A stretch of 64,000 nt of DNA from Blepharisma stoltei ATCC 30299 (lineage: Eukaryota > Protista > Ciliophora): contig CBFDEM010000057.1 in NCBI GenBank assembly GCA_965603825.1, forward strand, positions 744,001-808,000, written 5' to 3'. How positions within the stretch are numbered: the first letter of the stretch is position 1; every line of letters begins with the position of its first letter. The notes under the pieces were generated by a model, which was given only the letters and a program-made list of their open reading frames with translations, made no database searches and had not been told where the DNA came from. Position numbers and translations under genes: made by a program. Below are positions 13,669 to 24,681 of this stretch, piece after piece.

Positions 13669-14049
13669 AGAGATAGTAATAAAAATGTGAAAGATTGCTT
13701 TACAAATAAGAATTATGCTAGTGATAATATCATATAATTACTTGGAAAGAGATTTTATAATTAATTTAATATGCTTATTTAGTACGCAATACGAGGAATA
13801 TTCGATAATTACTTTTCTCATACTTTATATAAGCTCAATTTAATTTTTTTTCGGAATTTAAAAATCTCAATTAATTAAGCTGCTAAATAATTTTTAATCT
13901 GAAAACGACAGTCTTATTTCCAATAGCTAAAATAGGTTTATCATTTCAATTCTTGATATCAATATTTTTATAGATTTCAATTAATTTCCTGTAATTTACA
14001 TAGACTACAATATTAATTGTTATAAATGAATAATTAATTATCCATTATA

Positions 14050-14255
14050 TATTGCATGCCATAGAGGATTTTAGAAATATGGGCGAGATGGTAGAATCTG
14101 TTCTTGACCTTTTTTTTGCAACATTAATGCATTAAGAGATAAAGTTAAGGGTTTTTGATATTTTGGTACGTCTCTCTTCCTCGTAAAGCAGGAATGCTTG
14201 GAAAAATTGAGGTATTAAGTATCTCTCAATTTTTCGATATTTAATGATATTATTA
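14050..14255 (-). pseudogene. Decayed 5' fragment of an acyl-CoA oxidase paralogue
   Basis: Minus-strand atcgaaaaattgagagatacttaatacctcaatttttccaagcattcctgctttacgaggaagagag...atcaaaaacccttaactttat aligns by eye with the ACOX 5' region gtcgaaaaattgggcgatattttaatcccacaaattctcccaaacaccacagcttctcgagtcagagaa...atcaaaaatcctgacctttat; contains indels and stops. Confidence 0.6.
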
Positions 14256-14309
14256 GCTTCGTTATAAATAATTCAAAGAAAGATTTTTAAAATAATTTTT
14301 AATAAAACA

Positions 14310-16337
14310 TTACTCAGAATTGCCCCTTTTTCTTTTTATACTAAGCAACCATTTCTTTATCAGATCTCCTATTTCTTTTGCTGATGGTCTTTCTTCTGGA
14401 TCTATCTGCCAAGTGCATTCAAATAAGTTTACTATTTGTGGTAGATGCTTTTTGAAATTTTCTGTAATTTCAGGTCTTATCTTCTCTTTTTCTACTTTCT
14501 TACAAAATTCTTGTGGATCTGATTCACTTTTATTAGCCTTTTTTAGATAATCAAAAGGTGATCTTTGTACAATAGTAGCATATGCTGTCATCCCAAATGA
14601 CCAAATATCAGCACTTTGGTTTGGATTTTGCCCTTTTATGTGTTCTGGTGCACAGTAATGAGTGGTAAAGCCTGGCTTGACTGGCAATCCTTTTCTTAGA
14701 TGCTCGCTCATACCAAAATCTGCTATTTTTGGAACATAATTTTCGTCAAAAAATATATTTTGTGGCTTGATGTCAAAATGGCAGATATTCTTGCTATGCA
14801 TGAACTCCAAGCCATGAGCAATCCCTAATAAAAATTCAAGTCTTTTAGCAAGATCTTTTTCTTGGGTTTCTGAAATATAATCTCTCAGTGTGCCCTTTGA
14901 GCAATATTCAATAACCAAACCAAATTTATCGCCATATTGAACACACCCATAGCATTGAGTGATGTTTTCGTGGCATAAACTTTTCATTATACTCAATTCT
15001 TTATGCAGTCTGAGCCGGGCTTTTAAAATGTCTTCTTTATTCTCTTTTGCAAATTTTATAGCAACTTTGGTGCCATGTAACTCGTTCTCGTAAACAGCCC
15101 CAAATCCTCCTTGTCCAAGCATCTTACTCTCTTCAGTTAAAGATGAGTTTTTAAAATCCTCAGCAGGAATTTTATCAAATACAGACAATTCATAAGTCGG
15201 ATGCACAATGCTATCCCAAATTTTCGATTGAATTGCCAAGAAATAGGCAAATAGGTCATTATACACCTCTGTAGGCTTTGAAAATTCGATTTCTTTCATA
15301 TCTCTGATCTTAGAAAATTTATCAATGCCAGCAGATATCAAGAAAAAACTATAATCCTCAGGCTTTGTTCCATAAATAATGATATTTTTATAAGGAAATT
15401 CCTCAAACTCCAAGCGGTAATCATACATTTTTGCCAGCTTCAATAAAATCTCATTAAGCAGGCCTTCTGGCAAATCGTACATTTCTAAAAATTGTCAAAG
15501 AGGCATACAAATAAATTCTGGACAATTGGCTTTTTGGTACTCTTTGACATTATTTTCAAAAAAATCTTTTAAATTTGGGGTTTTTTCAATAAAGCTTAAT
15601 ACATCCTTGACTTCTGATGTATTATGGGAATTATCTTCATATTCTGTTGTTCTAGAATCTGAGCATTCTTCATCATTTTCAAAATCTTCTTCTTCTTCTT
15701 CTTCTTCTTTACTTTCATCGCTCCTATAATTGCTAGACGTTACTTCTTCGTCTGTTTCATCTTCACTAGATTCCCGAGTACTAGATCTTTTGTGCCTTAT
15801 TCCTAAATTTGTTTGGTAAACATTTGCTTTTCCATTTTCTGATGATTTATTTGATTCTTGTATTAGTGCATAAAACTGCTGGGCACGATCGTTATAAATC
15901 TTGGCAGCTTTTTTGATGTAAGGAAAAATTAAGTTTTGAATCTCTCCAATATTCAGCTCCTTATACCAAATGGCTAGTTCTAACTGCAGAATATTGACTT
16001 TTTCAACAATGTTGAAATAGCCTAAATCGAGCTCTAAGTTTATTAAGGAAATCAATCCTAGGACTTTTTGTAAAAGATTGCTGTTACAAAACTTATAGAC
16101 CTCGTTTCTGATTGTAAAAAAAACTTTAAATCGTATGGAGTCTTCATTGATCACCAGTAATAAAAAAAAGCCTTTAAGACTCTCTATCTTTTGTGTTTGA
16201 TTTAAAATGCACAGCCTAAAAGTGCAGCTTTTTGAATCATTGTAATGCTTAATAGGAGATCTTGAAAAGTTCTTTGAAGTGATCAGTTTTGTTGCATCAA
16301 TCATTTGGTTCATTGCTTCTGAATACATATAATCCAT
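14310..16337 (-). CDS. Protein kinase (TKL-like) with N-terminal extension and acidic linker (675 aa)
   Basis: Joined through TGA at 15495. GQGGFG, VAIK, HFDIKPQN, DFG, APE, DIWSFG. Confidence 0.9.
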
Positions 16338-16575
16338 AAATTATAATCTATCTATACTTTTAATGCCAAAGCAATATGTCATTGAAAGGCACTGATGTGA
16401 TTTGTTCTTAGTCATTTGCCCGTTTTTGTTTATTCCTATCATAAAGAAAGGTAATCTTAGCACCCAAAATTTTGGAAATCTTCTTTTGCCACATGGTGCT
16501 TTACATAGTCTTTTTAGAATTAGGATGGATTGCAAAAATTATTAATCTTCCCTAAATTAACACTCTATAATTTAG

Positions 16576-17955
16576 CTATAATTTCTTTATATTATTATGA
16601 TAGCTATAAAAGCAATTTGGATGAAGGTGTATCTTAGATTCTGAACAAATATAAGGGGTCCTTGATTTCTTTCCTTTTTTATAATAGCAGAAGATGCATT
16701 CTTTTGTATTTTCAATTTTTATTATCCAATCCATTCCTGAAATTGCTTGATTTATTACAGTTTTATTTTGGTCGAACATATCAATACCTATCATAAACTG
16801 CCTATAGTGTTCAATAATTTCTGGAATTGTAATGATTTCATCTTTGCCTCTTTTCTTTGTGATTATAGCTGATCTTCCTGAATTAACTGCACAAACAACC
16901 ATCCTTTTGTCATGCCAACAAGATAAAAGTATCTGATCTGCTCTTATAAACAGATATTCACTTTGATTTATTCCTGCAATAATCTTTTTGAAGTCCTTCG
17001 GAAGATATTTTCGATTTTGTTTTATTGTGCCAGTGCATTCAATTCCAAATTCTTTCAATTTCAATAGCAATGGTATTGAATTATATCAGTTATATATATA
17101 AAGATGAAAATTTTGATTTTCTAGTCCTTGCAAAAGCCTCAAGCAAACGTTTTCAGGAAAGAATTCAGAAGATTCATTTTTCCGGGTAAATAATGAATCT
17201 ATAAACATAACCGTTGCTTGAACCTGCTAAGACAAAATTTTTGAATCTTCATTTAGTTGGTTTCATTGGAAGATACTGCTTCATGGAAACCAATCATAGA
17301 TTTGTCAATTGCTATGCTTTGCCCTAGAAGATAATATTGTTGAGTTTTTGCTTCGATTTGACTCATTAGTGGATTCAATTTTTCTAGTTTATCTTGTGAG
17401 TTTGATGAGTAGAAAGGATCAGAAAGATGAAAAATACTTCCAATATTTATAAATCTTTTGAGTCCTAAGGCCTTTGATATAAGACTACTCTTTCATAATC
17501 CATGAGTATTCCAATGCATGTGATAATTTGGTTTCCTATCAATTCCCATCGCAATATCACCCCAATGTATGCTTCTAATTCAATCATATCTATTTCTTTG
17601 ATTTTCTTTGAATTTATTATTTCAGGAACTTTTGATTCTTTCTCATCTTCTTTTGCTTCTTCAATGATCAGCTGTGAGAACTCTTCATTCAATATATCAA
17701 TTTCAGGGCTATTCAAATCTTTTTGTTTCTGCTTTTCTGATAGCTTCTTAGTGCAATATCTTCATGAATTAGTCAGTATTTCTCCCAAGACCTCATTATC
17801 AAAATAGATCTTGAAAAAGTCTATGGCCTTCATGAAGAATCAAATTCGAGTGAATTTCTTCCAGAACTTGAGTTCAGTTGGTAGCTATCCATAGTAATTC
17901 TTTCTTCTATAATTCAATGGAGAGCCGAAAGTTGATCTTCAATATCAATATTCAT
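16576..17955 (-). mobile_element. Degenerate piggyBac-family (DDE_Tnp_1_7-like) transposase pseudogene with C-terminal cysteine-rich domain
   Basis: Motifs in order across frameshifts: DFFKIYFD..ILTNS, ELEAYIG, IAIDKSMIGF, KQYLPMKPTKW(TGA)RFK, GYVYRFIIY, HLYIYNW(TGA)YNSIPL, CTGTIKQNRK, WHDKR, GIDMFDQ, CIFC...YICSES..HLHPNCF.SYH. Confidence 0.88.
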
Positions 17956-18183
17956 CACTCTATTTATTTATTTATTACATAAAAATTAAGTTGTGTACTA
18001 TTGTCAGCATACATGCTGATTTGCCCTAGAGAATGTTAATGTTTTGAAAGATGGATGTGGTGAATAAATAGGTCCAGAGTTCTGACGAGTTAATTCTAGC
18101 CATGAAAAAGTAGATCCTATTTTTTAAGAGTTACAGGGTGGATTTTTGTATGGTCGGATTCCACAGCAGATTTTTTTTTGACA

Positions 18184-18496
18184 ACGGACGATATATAGAG
18201 AGCAAAATGTCCGGCTCGCAGTACTGGGAAGTAATTTAGGCTGGTGGTCCGTATAGAGGCATAAGATGCTTTACCCATGCCTAAGCATTACCAAGTTGAA
18301 GAGTAAGTCCCGAAAGAATCAGGCCAAGGAACAAACATTAAGTGAGTTTCCCTGGCAGACTGGTAGCGTCACCATTTTTTTGTGACCCCGAGGGAAAGGG
18401 CGTGGTGTGACGCCAGGTGACTAGGGCCACTTGAGTTCGTAGCATACGGTGGAACGGCGAGGGGCTAAAACAAACCCAGAATTTAATCTAGCCTAA
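18184..18496. other. GC-rich, non-coding, stem-forming island (unassigned ncRNA or transposon terminus)
   Basis: 62/110 (56%) GC in 18361-18470 against very AT-rich flanks. Nested complementary blocks (AAGTG/CACTT, CCTGGC/GCCAGG, GCGTCAC/GTGACGC; outer TTAGGCTGG/CTAGCCTAA). No ORF of 60 aa or more in the track. Confidence 0.45.
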
Positions 18497-19009
18497 TCTC
18501 TAAATTTTGATAAATTAAATTTTCAAATTTTACCAGAACCAAATTTACGTATTTATTCTATAATTTTTATTATTAAAATACCATTTAGATAAGAATCTAG
18601 CTAAATTTTATTAATTCAATTATAACTAATAATAATCCGTTCTCCAATATTTTTGCCCTTATTTCGAAATACTAAATTGGTTTATGTATAAGATTTAGTT
18701 TTTTAACTTAAAATATTTAAAAATATTATACTTTGCTGCTAAACTTAATTAACTCATTCGTCTTATGATATGGGCTAGATTTTTGGAGATGCATATTTAC
18801 AAGAGATCAGAATAATTGATTTTGTGAAAAGCTTGCATGATGTAAAGAAGCTGCCAATTCTTTGCCAGCGTAACAATAAGGGTTTAAGTTTAGCAAGAGA
18901 TGAATGAAATTATAGCTTGAAAGATATCCTAATTTAATTTCACATTTTTACCCTTTGCAATATCCATGACTAAAAATATATAATTATTTATTAAGCAGCA
19001 TTTTTATAA

Positions 19010-22000
19010 TTATTCATCCTTCTCAGCTTTATTTAGTAGCTTATTATTTTTCAAAGTCCTTAAGATTTTAGCTCTATGGGCAATCGGAATCAGCCTTCCT
19101 AAAGTCCATATAGAAGTGATTTCTCTCTGAATTACGTTCAAGCCTGGAATATATACAAAAAAATACAAAAACAGAACAAAAACTATATACGCGACCGTCA
19201 GCCCAATAATCAATAAAGTTGTATCATCCAAAATTGACCCAATATCTGATATATACTTATCCCTTAGCTCCGTACTCAATTGCAGTAGCGCCTTCATTTG
19301 AGCTCTTATATCTTCTATTGAGACATCTTGGCCACTTAATATCAAATCTCTTGCATATGATACATCTTCTATATAGTCCTCGATCCCTGAATGAAGTCCT
19401 CTTTCTAAAAATCCGCATTCTGCTATATCGCAGCCTTTATCAAGTAGCAGGTCTTTATGAGACTGACTTTTTCCTAAATACGCGACACTTCCGTATAGTA
19501 AATAATATTCAGCCCAGCGTAAATTCTCTATTGCTTTGTCAAGCTCGCATTCTAAAGAAATCGCGGACCTCATATAAGGGATGACGTTATAATAGCTTCA
19601 CGTCTGGTTATGGTGCTTTATTTCTTGAAGCCAAAAAAAGACCATATTGACAGCTAAAACTCGCTGTCCTGCCCAGTCTACTACTATTGGCTTTGTATAT
19701 AGTAAATTATCGTATACCAAAAATCCTTTGAAATAAAATAAAATAAAAAATAAAAAGGAAGAAGCGTAATAAATCGACATCTTGCAAATAATTCGAGGTC
19801 ACTTAGCCTTAGCTTTAACTTTTTCACGAGATGCAAGACTTTTAAAAACTCTAATATTCGTAAGAAGCTGCGGCTCACAGCCATGTGTCTGCTCTAATCG
19901 TTCTTCACATCGTGAACGCATTTCTTGAATCAACTCAAGAGGTAAATTAATAAAAAGGCTTCATACAGTTTGGTTTGAGTATTCTACAGAAAGAAGTGTA
20001 GGAATAAGCACAACTATTAGACAAATAATAAGCAGACATATTGCAAATACAGCTAAAATGAGGACAATGTTTAAAACTGAAGTCAGCATTGAGCGCTCTT
20101 CAGATTTTAAAACATATATAGACTCATTCAAAGCACTTAGAGTTTCTGAATGTCCATTTCTTAATAAATAAAAAAATGAAGGGTTTTGGTTGTCTATGTT
20201 ACTAGCATCTGTTGCAGATAAAATGTTACCTTCTTCTATCATGTTCCGCATTAGGTCCATTAGGTTATCAGTTTCTGCAACAATAATATCATCGTTTAGT
20301 TTAAAGCGCATAAATTCACTATTATAATACATATCCCTATATTTCCCTTTCGGCCAAGTTTTCAGCCTTTTGCTCGCTCTATTGACAATATCAGCATAAC
20401 TTTCCACATCTGCTTTCATATTATTTGAAATAGTCTCATAAGTGTCAGAAATTTCATAATTTACAGCAGAAAGATACAAATTTCTACCCTCAAGGGCAAG
20501 ATAGGAGTTCAAAATTCTTCTTTGGGTGACGTCTTTTACCACAACTTTTTCCTGAAACTGCCCAGCGACAACTGACATGTAGATAACCATTGATAAAATA
20601 GCCATGTTTACCACAACTGTGGTGATAAAAAAAGACACTTTGAAACGGAACATAGACCTATTGACGCCTGTGAGGAGGATTTGGGCGACAGCGCTTGAGG
20701 TAAAGCTGGCGTTTGAGCTATTAGAAGAACTTGCGATTGATGTGCCCTTGCGAGGTTCTTGCTGGATATTTATGATTTCGCCTGAAATCCCTGAAATGCC
20801 TGAAGCAGAACTTAGGTTATTAGGATCCTCATAAGACTCTGGAGCAATTAAATCAAGGTCCTTTAAGTCAATCAGCTTAGAATTTGATATTACAGGTGCA
20901 GAATTCTGCACAAGGTCTGGTTTATCCGTATTTTCCTTATCCTCTTCTTCTTCATCATGAATTTCTTCGAGCTCTACTTTTGGTTTTTGTATGGAGGTAG
21001 CGTCTTTTTCTTTTCCGATTATTTTTTTGCCTGGTTTAAAGTCAGTTTCATTGATATAAGACACTTGAGGATTTAAATCAAATTTTACGTTGCAGTCTTT
21101 ATTGGATTTCATACGAGGTGGCTTTAAAATTCCCTTTTTTTCATAGGTGGGGGCGGTATATTCTTTAGCTGCTGGGATTTCTTGGCCTATTAGTTCGTCA
21201 AAACCGGTTACTTCTGGCATGGAACTAAGTCAGGATTCTTTTTCTTCTTCATTTCCAGTTGCTAATAGAAGGCTAAATGTTACAGAACCAGCAACATGAT
21301 TGTGAAATTTTAAAAAAATTTTATTGACAGTCCCTGCTAAGACGTAGTCTATGACTTGTTCAGGTTTATAAGTTTTTCTCAGTTTATTAAAGGTAGGCAG
21401 CACCATTTCTGCATAAACCCCTTTTAAATTCATTGGCTGGTCCGAATACCCAGTCAAAATAGCAAATCCTCTTGTAGACGAAATTATAAAGCCTTCTACA
21501 TCGAATAATATAACTTCTCTATCCTTAGTATTCTTTTTAAATGCAGCAATAAAGAACGGATAGCTATCCAGCGCAACACATCTGACCTGCAAAAAGACTT
21601 CTACTATAAAACTACTATAATCAATAAAAAAAGAGCTAAAAGGAAGCCCAACTTCAGTGGTTTTGCATTGCAAAATAAAATTTTGCATAGCTTTATTATG
21701 GATTGAAGCGACATTCATCGGGGGTGGAACAAAAACACTTATATTCATGCTTAAGCCGAACCTGATAGGAATAGCTAGAGTATTGCTAGCAATATGATTC
21801 ATACTTTCAATGTTTCCAAAATTTTCAGGATTTCCAGAGACTATCAAGATTCCATTATTGTTATCAAAATAATTAAATTTCTCGCCAAGAGTTTGCATTT
21901 TCTTTTCAAATTGTTGTTTCTCGTGCTCTGCACGACTAACTAGCTCATTTCCTTTATTCGAGTCATTATATACTTCTAAAAGAAAGGACCCAAATAGCTT

Positions 22001-23608
22001 TAGAGCTAGCTGATTTGATGGATATTTCTTAATAAGCAATTTAGAAAGTTTCCTTGATTTTTTTACGACTTTTTCTAATTTATACCCAAGATCTTCAAGT
22101 TTTTCTATCTGAAGGTCTTCACATGCCAACTCAGTTCAAAATTGCAACTGGGCATCACAGCATTTTTCATCAAATTTTAAAGCTTTTTCGTACATCGTAC
22201 GAAATTTTAAAAAATCAACTTCTTCATGATATGCATGAAATGCAAGCTCTATTTCTTTTGAGTATTTATACTGGTGAAATGAGCCTTCTAATTCAAAAGC
22301 AGCACGGCGGCATTGGCTGAGTTTAATTCTTGCCAAATTGTCTTGTTTTAATATACTATATGTAAACGCAAACTCTCATAAGCCTACATATTTTTTATTT
22401 GAATAATTTTTGGCCATACCTCTAAACAAGCTATTTATGTCTTCTTTTATCATTAAAGCTTGCTCTGGCTCTTTTTTATAGATATTTAAGTATTCCTGCA
22501 CCAGAAGTCTTGTAGGAAGCTCATAAAGCCAGAGACTCCCATATGATTCCAAATTTATATAACTCTTGTCTATAAGTTTAACCCTTCTTTTTACAATTTC
22601 TCATAATAAAAGATAAAGACAAGGCGTCACTATTACAATCAGCCCAAACCCCATCGTCCCATTATCAAGCGCATAAGACCAAATCTGTGCAAAAGCGCCC
22701 CACGACAACGTTAAATAAGCTGCAGAGTGCGTAAAATTCAAAAAAACATTAAAATAAGGCAAATAATACACATACCCCACAGACAAAGCAGAAGCCAGCA
22801 CCAAGGTAATAAAAAAATGTGCAACAGGGTAATTTTCATGTATCCAAAAATGGTTCCCAGCTATTACAAGTATTGACAAAACCTGAAAAACCTCTAATTT
22901 ACTGTGTGCTCTAGTTCCTATATCATATTTTGCTTTACTTATGTATTGGTCATATAAAAACATTACTTGGAATAAGCAAAGAGCCACTAATAGCACTATT
23001 AATACCAAGGTAAATTCTCCATAATATTGGGCGTGGATTAAGCTGGTATCAGCATCGTCATACTCAAAAAGTGTATTCTCAGGCAAAAGCCACAGTTTAA
23101 ATGTAGCAAAAAAAACACATAAAAAGGGCAAATAAGCGTAAACCCTTGTAAATTTTAAGCCCAGACTTAAGGTAATGCGGTAATTTGTAGGCTTCACTGG
23201 TTTTTTGTGGTAGAGCTTAATGTAGAGGTAGGCTAAAAAGAGGCAGGGCACTACAACTGCTCCTGCAGCAATGTATAAAAATATAACTCCGATACTGAGT
23301 GTCATAAATAAGTAATCAAATCTAGTATATGAAATAAGGCTAGAAAATCAATGATAGCTTTCTCACGAAGGCAGTGTCGGTGGAAATATCAATGAAAGTA
23401 ATTGCAAAGTCAAAAGGATCATACGAGCGAGGTGAATGTAAAATTTATTCTTTGAGCCTTCAGCTCTTATATTTGAACTCGAACTTTTATAAATTGTGTA
23501 AAAGGTTTCAAATAAAGTATTAAGTAATCTCTCTAATAATTTTTTTAATCTTGTTGAGATTGCGACATCGAAAGCATCTGTTTTTAGTGCATCATTTGAG
23601 TCTTCCAT
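19010..23608 (-). CDS. Large multipass PAS-domain membrane protein, TmcB/TmcC-like (1532 aa)
   Basis: Seven track ORFs form one frame with nine TGA codons. N-terminal TM bundle, LFGSFLLEVYND helical motif, PAS-like MNISVFVPPPM...HNKAM, later TM segments. An upstream in-frame ATG is also possible. Confidence 0.85.
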
Positions 23609-23971
23609 TAAGAATTTATAATGAAATAATGATTGAGTTATCAGATAATTAAACATTTGCAAAAATCATTTTATCTTATTAGGAAGCTCTGTAATCTTAA
23701 TAATAAAAAACAGAAATAAATAATTTCAATTAAAATCATAACAAAATTATTGTTATGCTTTACGAAAATGATCAAAAATAAAAAAGTGTTTTATAAGCCT
23801 TTTTTTACGTTTTTCAAACTTAATATGCAAAATAAAGACTATTGCAAACCCTCATTTTCAAAAATTGCTTTAAAATATTAGTTATTATTTTACATTAGCA
23901 CTCTTTAGAAAAAATTATCATTTACACAATTATTTTAACGTCATTTTGTGACTGTTAATATTTAATCTATA

Positions 23972-24334
23972 ATGAATAAATTTTTGATATTCCTGCTTCT
24001 AGCACTTGGGAGATGCTCGCTGGAAGATGAAGTTAGCCCTGTTATTTATAGCTGAAATATGATTAGGACGAATTGTTGAATTATTTTGGTTTTATTGACG
24101 GCAATTATTGGAGTTTTGGTTATTATAAAGCTGCTTTTTATGGTACATAAAAAGCAAGAACCAAATTTGAAGAGTGACTTGACTTTTTTGAAAGAAAAAA
24201 CAATTTTTAACACAAAATATGATTTTCTTGTAGAAAGACCTTCAGAAAAATCAAAACTACTTGAGAAAAAAGACAAGCCAAGGTATGATACGAATATATA
24301 TAGAGAAACTCCGATAAGGCTTACAATTGTTTAA
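23972..24334 (+). CDS. Small protein with signal peptide and one TM helix (120 aa)
   Basis: ATG at 23972, MNKFLIFLLLALGRC signal-like start, two TGA codons, TM segment IILVLLTAIIGVLVII. Confidence 0.7.
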
Positions 24335-24681
24335 GTGTTTGACCATTATGAGTATTAATTTTAGATTATTAATTTTATTCTGGCTAATTAATTATTCTAG
24401 CTAAAATGGATAGCTGCTCTGATTATGTATTTTATCACTATTTTATTAAGAAAATAAGCTCATAATCTGCTTCAATAATTGGCTTAAAGGCTCTACTAAT
24501 AATATTAAGTTCATTGAAATGAAATTTAATTAAAAGCTAAATAAGATACGAAACCCCCTAATTTGATGAAAAATTGTTTAAATTTACAATAAAATTTTTG
24601 ATATTCAAATAGCTTGATAAGCATGAAATCATTATCAAAATATAAGTATATTAATGACTTATTTAAATTATTTTTTGCATA

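Noticed and set aside
16341-16535. ORF in frame with the kinase as a possible N-terminal extension
   Set aside because: Separated by TAA, starts at TTG, and no 15-16 nt GT..AG intron removes the stop.
18070-18135. Hammerhead-like CTGACGA...GAAA core
   Set aside because: A stem III is possible, but stems I and II do not pair.
18236-18496. RNase MRP/P RNA (AAGTCCC ... GGGGCT)
   Set aside because: P4 would be only about 5 bp, its 3' strand is not adjacent to the closing helix, and I found no convincing GARAR loop or CR-IV; left unassigned.
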